From Candidatus Krumholzibacteriia bacterium (lineage in GTDB: Bacteria; Krumholzibacteriota; Krumholzibacteriia; JAJRXK01), in assembly GCA_041484665.1 (NCBI GenBank), contig JBGPIA010000001.1, positions 288,001 to 352,000 of the forward strand: a DNA stretch of 64,000 nt, in the 5' to 3' direction. Below the pieces are notes generated by a model, which did no database searches, was not told the origin of the DNA, and saw only the letters and a list, made by a program, of their open reading frames with translations. Below are positions 48,362 to 57,800 of the stretch, piece by piece. Every line of letters begins with the position of its first letter. Position 1 is the first letter of the stretch. Position numbers and translations under genes: made by a program.

Positions 48362-51226
48362 ATGCGCATCGCCCTGGTGCTCGCGTGCTTCTTCCTTTCG
48401 GGAGCCGCAGGCCTGATCTACGAGGTCTGCTGGATTCGTGCGGCCACGCTGCTGCTGGGCTCGACCTCGTACGCGTTGGGCGCGGTGCTCGCGGTGTACT
48501 TCCTCGGGCTGGCGGCGGGCAGCTACGTCCTGGGGCGCATCGCACAGCGCGTTCGAACACCCCTCCAGCTCTTCGCGCGCATCGAGCTCGTAGTGGGATT
48601 GCTGGCGGCGCTGAGTCTGCCGCTGCTGCACGCGCTGACGCCGCTGTACGGGGCCATCTATCGCGCGACGGGCGGGCAGCCGCAGGCGGCGTTCCTGGCG
48701 CGCCTGGCGGTGCTGTCGCTCGTACTGCTCCCCCCGACGTTTCTCATGGGCGGCGCGCTTCCGCTGCTGTGCCGGCAGTTCGTGACTGACGCGTCGCGCG
48801 TGGCGCGAGGCGTGGGCAGGCTCTACGCCTTGAACACCTTCGGAGCGGCGGTGGGATGCGCAGTGACCGGGCTCGTGCTGGTGCCGGCTCTCGGAATGCA
48901 GTCCACGGTGTTGATCGGCGTCGGCGTCAGCATGCTGTGCGGCCTCGCGGTGATGGGCGTTCGCTTGCCGGGGCCGACGCTCCCCGCAACAACCGCCGCG
49001 GGAGCGTGGCCGGCCACGACCGATCCGACTGGAGCCCGCCGGGCTCCCGTCGGGTTGCCGCGCGACTTTGAGCCGACGCTCGTAGCGCTGCTCTTCTTCG
49101 TGACGGGGCTGGTGGCACTGGGGCAGGAAGTGCTCTGGACACGGTATCTCGCTCTCTTGGTGCGCAGCACGTTCACGACGGCAACGCTGACGTTGACGGT
49201 GGTGCTGGCCGGCATCGTGCTGGGCAGCCTGCTGAGCGCGTGGGCCAACGACCGGACGGCCGCGCGCGCCCGCCGGTTCGGCCTGCTGCAGGCGCTCACG
49301 GGGCTCTCGCTGCTGACCCTGATGCTCCTTCCGCCGTCCGCGTGGCACGCGTTGGGCGGCCAGCTGCCGACCCTCTTCGTCTTGATGCTGCCGGTCGCCG
49401 CGCTCTCGGGTGCGCTGTATCCCCTCGCGGTGAGCATGGTGGTGTCGGATGCGCGGCTGGCCCCTGCCGGGGTCGGCCGCATGTCAGCCGTCAACACGCT
49501 GGGCGGGATCGTAGGCTCGCTCGCATTCGCATTCGTGATCCTGCCCGGCCTCGGACTGCGCTCGAGCGCGCTCTTGTCCTCGGGGTTGAGCGTCGCGTGT
49601 GGGGTCGCGGCCTGGTTGGCGATCGACCGCAGCGGGACCTGGCGCGATCGTGGGCTGCTGTGCGCAGCAGCGCTCGCGCTCTGGCTGCTGCTGCCTGCCG
49701 TGTTGCGCACGCGCCTGCCGGCCGACTTCCTGGCCAGCCGCGACGCGCTGGTGGACTATCGCGAGGGCCGTGAGTCGAACCTGGCCGTGGTCCGCCGGGA
49801 GGACGCGCAGGTGCTTGAGATCGACCACTGGTGGCAAGGGCAGGACCGGCCGACCCATCAGATCGTCGCCGCCCATCTGCCGATGCTCCTGCACCCGGAT
49901 CCACGCCGCGTGCTGGTCGTCGGTGTGGGCGCGGGCCAGACGCCGGACCGCTTCACCTACTACGGCCTGCAGCGCCTCGTCTGCGTCGACATCGAGCCCG
50001 CCGTGTTCGAGCTGATCCGCGAGCATTTCGACGCTGGCTGGATGTCCGATCCAAGGGTGATCCTGCTGCGGGAGGACGGCCGCAACTATCTGCAGCACGC
50101 CGCCGACCGCTACGACATCGTCTCCCTCGAGCTGGGTCAGGTCTTCCGGCCCGGCGTGGCGGCCTTCTACACCGTCGAGCTCTACCAGTCCGTGCGCAAT
50201 CGCCTGGAACCGGGTGGGGTTGCCTGCCAGTTCGTGCCGACGTCGTTCCTCACGCCCGAGGCGCTGTGCAGCGTGATCCGCACGTTCGCGAGCGTCTTCC
50301 CGCACTGCATGCTCTGGTACAATACCTCCGAGCTGCTGTTGCTGGGCGGCCGCGATGGGCTCCCGCGCGTAGACTTCACAGCGTTGGCGCAACGCCTGGC
50401 GCAGCCGCGCATCGCGCAGGACCTGCGTTACAGCCACTGGGGCGGCGCCGCGGAGCAGCTAGGGCGGCCCAGCGCGCTGCTCGGCAGCTACCTGTGCGGA
50501 CCGGCCGAGTTGGAGGCGATCGCGGCGGGAGCGCCACTCCTGCGCGACGACCGGCCCGTTCTCGAAGTCACGGCGCGGGCGGCGGACGAGCTGCAGGCGC
50601 GCGAGCTTCCAATCGTGGAGCTCCTGCGCGGCCATCTGGGGTCGTTCGAGCAGCTGACGCTCGACCCGCTCCCGCCCGATTCGATGGCAGTGGCCGCTTC
50701 GATCCGCGCGGCGAATCTGGGGGACATGGTGGCCAGCGCGCTGCTCCGCCGCGTGGAGAGCGTGCGCCAGTCGGGGAGCACACCCGAGCTGCGCGCGCTG
50801 CTGGCGCGGGCGCTGGAGGCCAATCCACGCAGCGTGCTCGGGCTGCGCCTGATGGGAGACGCGCTCACGCTCTCGCAGGAGTTCGCAGAAGCGCGCCACG
50901 ACTACGAGCGCGCGATCGCGCTGCGACCGGAGGACGCGCGCGCGCTGCGGGGCTTGGCGGTTCTGCTGCACCGCACTGGAGACCTGACGGGAGCCGTCGA
51001 ACGGTATCGCCATCTGCTGGCGCTGCGCCCCGCGGATGCGGAGTTGCACAACAACATCGGGGTCGCGCTCGCCCAGCAGGGCGATCTGCCCGCGGCCCGC
51101 CAGCACTTCGCCGAGGCGGTGCGGTTGCAACCGGGCTACGACGAGGCCGCCCGCAATCTGGCGAAGGCGCAAGCTGCGCTCGGTGGAGCGCAGACTCCAC
51201 GCCCGGGCGCTGCGCGCGGCGAGTAG
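48362..51226 (+). CDS. Fused MFS-like / spermidine synthase domain protein with C-terminal TPRs
   Basis: FFLSGAAGLIYEVCW, PTFLMGG, YALNTFG, LVVGVGAG, EDGRNYL, FYTVELY; terminal TPR repeats. Confidence 0.87.
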   Translation: MRIALVLACFFLSGAAGLIYEVCWIRAATLLLGSTSYALGAVLAVYFLGLAAGSYVLGRIAQRVRTPLQLFARIELVVGLLAALSLPLLHALTPLYGAIYRATGGQPQAAFLARLAVLSLVLLPPTFLMGGALPLLCRQFVTDASRVARGVGRLYALNTFGAAVGCAVTGLVLVPALGMQSTVLIGVGVSMLCGLAVMGVRLPGPTLPATTAAGAWPATTDPTGARRAPVGLPRDFEPTLVALLFFVTGLVALGQEVLWTRYLALLVRSTFTTATLTLTVVLAGIVLGSLLSAWANDRTAARARRFGLLQALTGLSLLTLMLLPPSAWHALGGQLPTLFVLMLPVAALSGALYPLAVSMVVSDARLAPAGVGRMSAVNTLGGIVGSLAFAFVILPGLGLRSSALLSSGLSVACGVAAWLAIDRSGTWRDRGLLCAAALALWLLLPAVLRTRLPADFLASRDALVDYREGRESNLAVVRREDAQVLEIDHWWQGQDRPTHQIVAAHLPMLLHPDPRRVLVVGVGAGQTPDRFTYYGLQRLVCVDIEPAVFELIREHFDAGWMSDPRVILLREDGRNYLQHAADRYDIVSLELGQVFRPGVAAFYTVELYQSVRNRLEPGGVACQFVPTSFLTPEALCSVIRTFASVFPHCMLWYNTSELLLLGGRDGLPRVDFTALAQRLAQPRIAQDLRYSHWGGAAEQLGRPSALLGSYLCGPAELEAIAAGAPLLRDDRPVLEVTARAADELQARELPIVELLRGHLGSFEQLTLDPLPPDSMAVAASIRAANLGDMVASALLRRVESVRQSGSTPELRALLARALEANPRSVLGLRLMGDALTLSQEFAEARHDYERAIALRPEDARALRGLAVLLHRTGDLTGAVERYRHLLALRPADAELHNNIGVALAQQGDLPAARQHFAEAVRLQPGYDEAARNLAKAQAALGGAQTPRPGAARGE

Positions 51227-51256
51227 GGACAGTGTCCTCGGGGATCGGGTAGAATC

Positions 51257-51879
51257 ATGGGCGCAGGCCTACGAGAATCTCCCAGCTGCGTTCCCGATTC
51301 TGCACTCTGGTCGTGCTGGGTACAGCGCTCCTTCGTGCGCCCCGCCCAGCCAGCGCGGGGCTCGCCGCTGTGCCGCAGGCGCCGGGCCCCGCCCGCGAGA
51401 CAGTCGAGGGGCCGACCTCGCGGTCGGCCCCGCAGCCGGCGGCGGCGCCCTCAGTCTCGGTGGACGCGGTCAAGGAGCTCATCCGCAACGGTCGCTACGC
51501 CGAGGCGGAGGCGGAAGCCAGGGGCCTGCTCGCGGCGATCGAGACCCGTCAGGGGAACGAGTCGCTCGACGCCGCCACTGCCCTGGACCTGCTGTGCGAA
51601 TCCCTCTGGAGAGGGGGCAAGTCCGCCGCGCCGGAGTCGAGTACGCTCGCGCAGCGCGCCATCACGCTTCACGAGCAGCTCCAGGGGCCCGCGCACGCCG
51701 ACCTGGCGCGCAGCCTCAACAACCTGGCCAACATGTACCGCCTGACGGCGCAGTATCCGCGCGCGAAGTCGCTGTTCGAGCGGGCTCTGGCCATCCGGGA
51801 GAAGGCCCTGGGCCCCGAGCACATCCACACAGCCGGCGTCATGAACAACCCGACCCGCGGACCCGGATCGACAGCGTAG
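51257..51879 (+). pseudogene. Truncated TPR protein (N-terminal remnant)
   Basis: TPR repeats LARSLNNLANMY..FERALAIREKALGPEH break off mid-repeat (NNPTRG..stop). The ATG at 51257 is out of frame with the signal-peptide-like segment. Confidence 0.6.
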
Positions 51880-51880
51880 C

Positions 51881-52408
51881 TCAGTCGGACCACAACAACA
51901 GCCGCGCGCCGTCGGCGCGCCGCTCATCGAAGACGAGGCCGGGCCCGCGCCGCTGCAGCTCTGCAGGTGACACCTTCAAGACCAGGTGCCTCCAATCGCG
52001 TGCCAGCGCGGCGCTGAGCGTCCCCAGATTGAGCGTCTCGGACATCTTCATGCGCACAAACCAGAAGGGGAACGCCACCCGCAGCAGCTTTCCGCTCGCG
52101 GGCTCCCAGGCCAGCATGTGCAGCGAGTGGAGGGAGACCGGCTGGGACCGCTCCAGCTCGCGGCGCGCGCGCAGGCTCCCGCCCGCGGAGACCTCCAGGT
52201 ATGCGGGACCCCCCCCGGAGCAGGAGATGGCTTCAGAGAATGCGCGCTCCGCGTCCTGCGACGTCGTGCTGGTCAGACTGCTCCAGCGGGAAAGCAGGAA
52301 GGCGCCAAGGCCGCCCAGCACGGCCGCGAACGCCGCCACGGCCAACATCAGGTAGGCCGGCGAGCGCCTCTTGCCTTGCGCGGGTTTGAACCCTGCCGAT
52401 CCTTCCAT
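51881..52408 (-). CDS. Hypothetical membrane-anchored protein
   Basis: N-terminal TM helix; LLRVAFPFWF and LQRRGPGLV segments; plausible composition. Confidence 0.6.
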   Translation of the reverse strand: MEGSAGFKPAQGKRRSPAYLMLAVAAFAAVLGGLGAFLLSRWSSLTSTTSQDAERAFSEAISCSGGGPAYLEVSAGGSLRARRELERSQPVSLHSLHMLAWEPASGKLLRVAFPFWFVRMKMSETLNLGTLSAALARDWRHLVLKVSPAELQRRGPGLVFDERRADGARLLLWSD

Positions 52409-52727
52409 CCGTACCCTTCGCGACGTTTGTTTCCTTCGCCGCTTCCGTTCACCCGGCTCCTCTGCGGCGATCCCATGCGCCCGGCGGCTCGGGGCGAGCG
52501 CCGGGGCGCTTGAGAGGGCGCCTGCCGGGGCGCCTGGCCCCGGTCATGGCGGCCCGCGTGTCGATGCGCAGGAGATTCCTCCGTGGCCGGGAGGCCGGCA
52601 AGCGTTTGGTATGGGCGCCCGCTGTTCTCCTCCTGCTTTGCCGCGGTGGAAGCGCTTCGTACACTCGGCCCATCGGCGTCGCCTCCCCAGTTGTGACGCT
52701 TGGCTTTGACCAGAGGAGAGTTGCACG

Positions 52728-53951
52728 ATGCACCGTTTCCGCCTCCCCGCCACACTGCCCGCGCCCCACGCCACCGCGTGGATCTCCCCCACTGCCACAC
52801 TGCTCGCCGTGGGCCTTTGGCTCATCGCAACGGCTACCGCGGTTTCTGGTGAGGAGCATAGCGCGGCGCAGCAGCAGCCTGCGGCACTCCAGCAGCCCCC
52901 AGCGCAGCAGCCTGCCACTCCCGCGCAGTCGACACCTCCAACGCAACCCGCCAGGCACCCGCCGGCGGTCGCTCCGTTGACGATCGACCGCTGGCTGGAG
53001 CTGGGGCCGGGCGACCTGCCGCTCCCAGCGTTGGCCGAAGACGACGACAAGCACAAGGTGGGCGAGGGCGAGCTGCTCGCGAATCCACCGCTCGACACCA
53101 AGGACCTCTGGCCACGCGCGATGCAAAGGGTGGTGTAGCCGGGCGGGGGAATGGGCAGTGGAGGGGGCGCGATGCCGTGTGCGGGTGCCGGCGCAGGCGC
53201 TCCCGCGGGTGCCCTCGCGTGGGCAGAGGTTGCTGCGCCTGCGGGGCAGCTGACACTGGCAGAGCCCGTGGCGGGACGACCACAGGCGGCGCTGCTGGCC
53301 GCCTACCTGTCGGCGGCGAAGTTCACGAAGGCAAAGCTTGCCATCGGCACGACGCATCCGTTCACGGCGTATCTGGACGGCAAGCGGATCACCGACCGCG
53401 CCAAACCGGATTCATCGGCCGCCGACGTATCCACCGACCTCAAGCTCACCCAGGGCAAGCACGTGCTGCTGCTGGTCGCGCTGTCCGACCCTAGGGGCTC
53501 CAAAGCGTGGACGGTGACGGCGAGACTGACCGCGGCCGATGAGGCAGCCCGCGCCGCGCTGCTGGCGGACGCCGACCCGCAGCGCGCCATCCGGGTGCTC
53601 GACTACCTGAACGCCGATGCCGTCTCGAACGTCGAGCTGTCGGCGTCAGTCGCAGCCCTGGAGTACGCTACGGGCCGCGCGCCCGTGATGCTCGGTAAGC
53701 CGGCACCGGAGTTCTACCGGTCGGCGCTGGCGCTGCTGCGGATCGACGAGAGCGAAGCGGCGTAGGTCGTGATGATCGGCGATGACATCCTTGTGGACGT
53801 CGCCACGGCGCAGCGCGCGGGGATGCGCGGGGTCCTCGTGCGCACCGGGAAGTTCCACCCCGACGATGTGCAGCGCGGTGTGGAGCCCGCCGCGGTACTG
53901 GACTCGGTTGCCGAGCTACCCCAGTGGTGTCAAGGGGAGGCCGCGCGCTGA
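52728..53951 (+). pseudogene. Chimeric remnant: secreted (S9 peptidase-like) N-terminus joined to a HAD-IIA phosphatase C-terminus, with two in-frame TAG
   Basis: One frame with TAG at 53136-53138 and 53763-53765. AGGAG SD and signal peptide; abrupt switch to ALEYATG..VMLGKP, then MIGDD..DV..AQRAGMRGVLVRTGKF. Confidence 0.65.
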
Positions 53952-54210
53952 TGCGGTCCGCCGCCGGGCGCTGAGCCTGGACGCCTTGGCGTCGGGCGCA
54001 ACCGCAGCGTCTCCGCCTGGTCCGCTGCCAGCGTGCACCTTCACTCGCCGTAATCCGCCCATGGCTTGACGGTCGCCCCGGTGGACGGCCCACCCCGCCG
54101 GGTGTGCCGGCCGGGCTCCACGCCCTTACCACGACGCGCTCTCCGTAGAGCTGCGCGCGCGCCGGAGAGATCGGCGCGCGCCTCGGGGTCACAGGCTGTG
54201 ATTGCAGCGG

Positions 54211-54780
54211 TCAGTGGGAGTGCGAGCCGCCTTCATCTGCGCCGCGTTCGACCTGCACCTTGGGCACCACCGGGTTCTTGAAGTGATCGATGACTGACTC
54301 CAGGGCCGCCACCGCGTCGGTCTTGCCCGCTGCAAGCGCGTACTTCAGCTGGATCTCCAGGACGCCCAGTTGCGCCTGCTGCTTGGCAGCTTGCACCTGA
54401 CGCTGCAGGGCCATCGCCTCGTCGGCGCTGGGGCCTGCGGCCAGCTTGGCTTCCAGCGCGGCGACGGCCTGATGCTCCTGCTCCAGGAGCTGTCGGATCT
54501 CCTCGTGCATGGGGGCCGCCACGACCGCAGCGGGCGGCGCCTGCCCATCGATCTGCACCGTTTGTATCGCCGCTGAGGCGTTGTCAGTCGCAGCCGTCGC
54601 GCCGGCACCAGCGGGTGCAGGCACCGCGGTCTGGGGATCCTGCGCCGGGGCACTTGCTGGGGCAGGAGCGGCCTTGCGCGCCGCCCAGGCGCCTGGCGAG
54701 GCGGATAGCGCAAGCAGCGCCAGGAGCGCGATCGCGCCGAGGAATGGAAGGGCGTTCGAGCTGCGATTTCGCCGGAACAT
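54211..54780 (-). CDS. Exported helical hypothetical protein
   Basis: GGAGG SD, signal peptide ending AWA, Ala/Pro linker, coiled-coil C-terminus. Directly downstream of the large FlgD-Ig protein. Confidence 0.7.
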   Translation of the reverse strand: MFRRNRSSNALPFLGAIALLALLALSASPGAWAARKAAPAPASAPAQDPQTAVPAPAGAGATAATDNASAAIQTVQIDGQAPPAAVVAAPMHEEIRQLLEQEHQAVAALEAKLAAGPSADEAMALQRQVQAAKQQAQLGVLEIQLKYALAAGKTDAVAALESVIDHFKNPVVPKVQVERGADEGGSHSH

Positions 54781-54875
54781 GGATGGTACCTCCAGGATGA
54801 GAAGAGCCTTCAGAGGAGAGGGTTTGGTCATTGTGACGCTGGATTCGAGGTCAGTACTGGAACGCATGGCGTGCC

Positions 54876-57800
54876 TCACTTCACAAGCATCAGCTTGCGC
54901 CGGTCGAGCGCGCCGGCGCTCTGCAGCTGCACGAGGTACACGCCGCTGGCCACGGAGAGGCCGGTGTCGTCGATGCCGTCCCACACCACCGAGTAGTGGC
55001 CGGCCTCGCGCACGCCGCTCTCCAGGGTCCGCACCAACTGCCCGCGCAGGTTGTAGATCGCCACCAGGATGCTGCCGCTGTGCGCCAGGTCGAACTCGAC
55101 GGTCGTGCGCGGATTGAACGGGTTGGGGTGGGCATCGCGCAGGGCCGTAACCTCGGGAGGCGTGCGCGGCCCCGGCTGGTCGCCCGAGACATCGGTGGCC
55201 CCGGCGTCGAACACCAGCCGGAACTGCCCCGAGCTGGCGAGGTCCACCGCTCCCGCCTTCCACACGCTCAGGCAGTAGTTTCCGGTCACGGGGATCTGCA
55301 CGGTGAGGTACTCGTTCTGTCCGGGCCCGTTCACATTGGCGAACCAGCCGGGCTGGGGGGCAGACTTGCTGCCGAACGAAACCAACGCGTCGTGCAGCGT
55401 GATGCCCCAGTCCACCGATCCCGTAACGTTTTCCAGGCGGATGTTGTAGAAACCGGCGCTGAGCCCGACCTCGAATAGCTGGAGGATGTGCCCGCTTCCC
55501 AGCGTGTACGGCCCGTGAGCTGCCTTGGCGGTGCCGAGCGAGGTCGAGGCGACCACCTCCGCCGTGTAACCCTGGGTGCCCGTCCAGCGCATGACCCCGG
55601 CGTCGAACGCGCGGAAGGGCATGACGTGGAAGTTGGCCAGCACGTAGTCCGACTGCGCCGTACCCCACGCCGAGCTCGTCTGCCCGAGATCGAAGCCAGA
55701 CTTCGCTCCGCTGGAGGTCTCGAAGAGCGCGAGGTCGACATCGCTCGCTGCGCCAGGCATGAGGGCAACGGCGGCGAAGTAGCCGTCGGCGCCGCTGGGG
55801 GCAAACACGGGAGTGCGCAGCCCGTCGCAGTTGTAGTACAGCGGGTCGAGCGTGGTGATGTCCACCCAGCCACCGTTGAGCACCGGAGGCGCGCCGCGCG
55901 TCACCGGCGTGTTGAGCGCCAGCTGCAGCGGCGTCCACACCCACGGCTCCCCGTACAAGTTGTTGGTCTCGTAGATCTCCTCGACCAGATTGGATGGATC
56001 CAAGCGCATGGAGAGGACGTGGCGCCCGCCGGACACTACCAGTTGCGGCGTGTTGTTCACGAACGCCGTGCCGAGGCCCGGATCCACCGGCAGCGTGGGG
56101 CTGGCGATCGCCTGCCCGTCCAGCAGCACGTCCGCCGCGAACGACGGCACGAAGGTGGGGCTGGCGTTGGTCGCCATCAGGTTGAGGTACGTCGTACCGC
56201 CGCCCGGCAGCGTCAGCGGAGCCGGCGCATTGAACTCGTTGCCGTCGGCGGTGACCCGTGGCACCAGCGGGGCGTACCAGCCGAAGAACGTCAACGGCTC
56301 GAAGTCCGGCGGGGTCTTCTCGACCTTCATCGTGACCGAGATGGGCGGGTTGCTGATCTTGCCGGCGCCGCCGGTGGGGTTGCGGTACAGCACCAGACAG
56401 TAATAGCCGGCGGCGCTCACGTTCAGGTCCAGGCGCACCCGACCGGTCTGCGGGTCGCTTCCCGCGGACGCCGACGCGTTGCTCTGTCCGGCCACCGTGG
56501 TCGAGCGATCGAACCAGGCCAGGTGCACGGGCCCCTGCGAAGGGCTGCCCAGATCGGCCACGACGCTCACCGGACCCACGTCCGCCCCGAACACCCAAAC
56601 CTCCCAGAGCTTAAGCATCTCGTCCTGGGCGAAGCTCACGGCGAGCGACTGAGCCGCGCTGGGAGACAACGCGCTGCTGCCGCTGACACCGAGGTGGTAG
56701 TTGCCGGTGAGCACGTCGGTGTAGTCGAGGATCCCGGCATCCCAGTTCTGCGCCGGTTGCAGGTTGTTGTTCACCAGGACGAAGTCCAAGGCCCCGCGGC
56801 CGTAGGCCGAACCGGCCACGGCGTTGACGAACCCGTTGGTCAGCCAGCTCGTGGGTTGGTAGAGGTACAGATCGTAGTCGGCCGCGTTGTCCAGACTGTG
56901 CATCCAGCACGCCGTCCACCAATGCCCGTCGGAAAGGGGGTTGGTCGCTAGGCGCATCCCGTCGAGGTTCTGGTGGATCGGCGGGGAGGGAATGGTCGAC
57001 GTGCCGCCGTAGGGCGACGGCGGGCTGGCGCGCTCGACCATGGCGCCGCTGGCGACGGTGGACGGCGTCCAGGCCCACTGGTGGCCATAGGAGTTGTCGG
57101 TCTCGTCGCTCTCGAGCACGGCGTTCGTGGCGTCCACGACGCCCGACAGCGTGTGCAGCCCGCCGGTGGCATACACCACAGTGATGTATCGCGTGTTGAT
57201 CGCGCCGGCCTCCAGGGGAAGGATGCCGTACTGGTTTCCGAAGATCCCATCCACGTACAGATTGGTATAGGTGACCACCCCCGTGCTCACCTCACCCGTG
57301 TTCCACACCAGATTGTTGGCGTAGCTGTAGGCATCGCCCGTCACGGCGGACGGAACGCCGTCGGCGGCCGCGCGCGGCACCAGCGGGGCCTCCCAGGTCC
57401 AGCCGAACGGCAGCGCCTGGACGAGGTTGGCCGGGATCGCGGCGCGGATGCCGATGGCTCCGAGCTTGGTCCAGTTGGTGCTCACCCGCCCCGCGCGGTC
57501 GATGGCGCGGATGGAGAACCACCAGTTGCCCGGCGCCAACGTCCCGGTCGTGTAGCTGGTGACGTCCCCGATGTCAATGGTGCCGTCGGGCCCGAACGCC
57601 GGGTCGTATTGCGTCATCATGACGCTGTACCCGCCGACCCCGGAGCAATCGTCCGAGGCGCGCGTCCAGGCGTAGGTGATCTTGGGATTGGTGCTGTCGA
57701 AGATCCCCACCGTGTGCGTTGTCGAGACAAGGTTCGTTACCACGCCGGGCTCGAACTGGTCCAGTTCGTAGCCGCAGTTCTTCGCCGTCGCCCACAGCCC

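Noticed and set aside
53136..53765. In-frame TAG codons as pyrrolysine
   Set aside because: No pyl genes or methylamine methyltransferase context; the gene is a truncated chimera among other pseudogenes.
54781..56598. 5' extension of the 795-aa ORF 54211..56598
   Set aside because: It overlaps the FlgD-Ig protein in another frame. Only the part from ATG 54780 (SD plus signal peptide) is credible.
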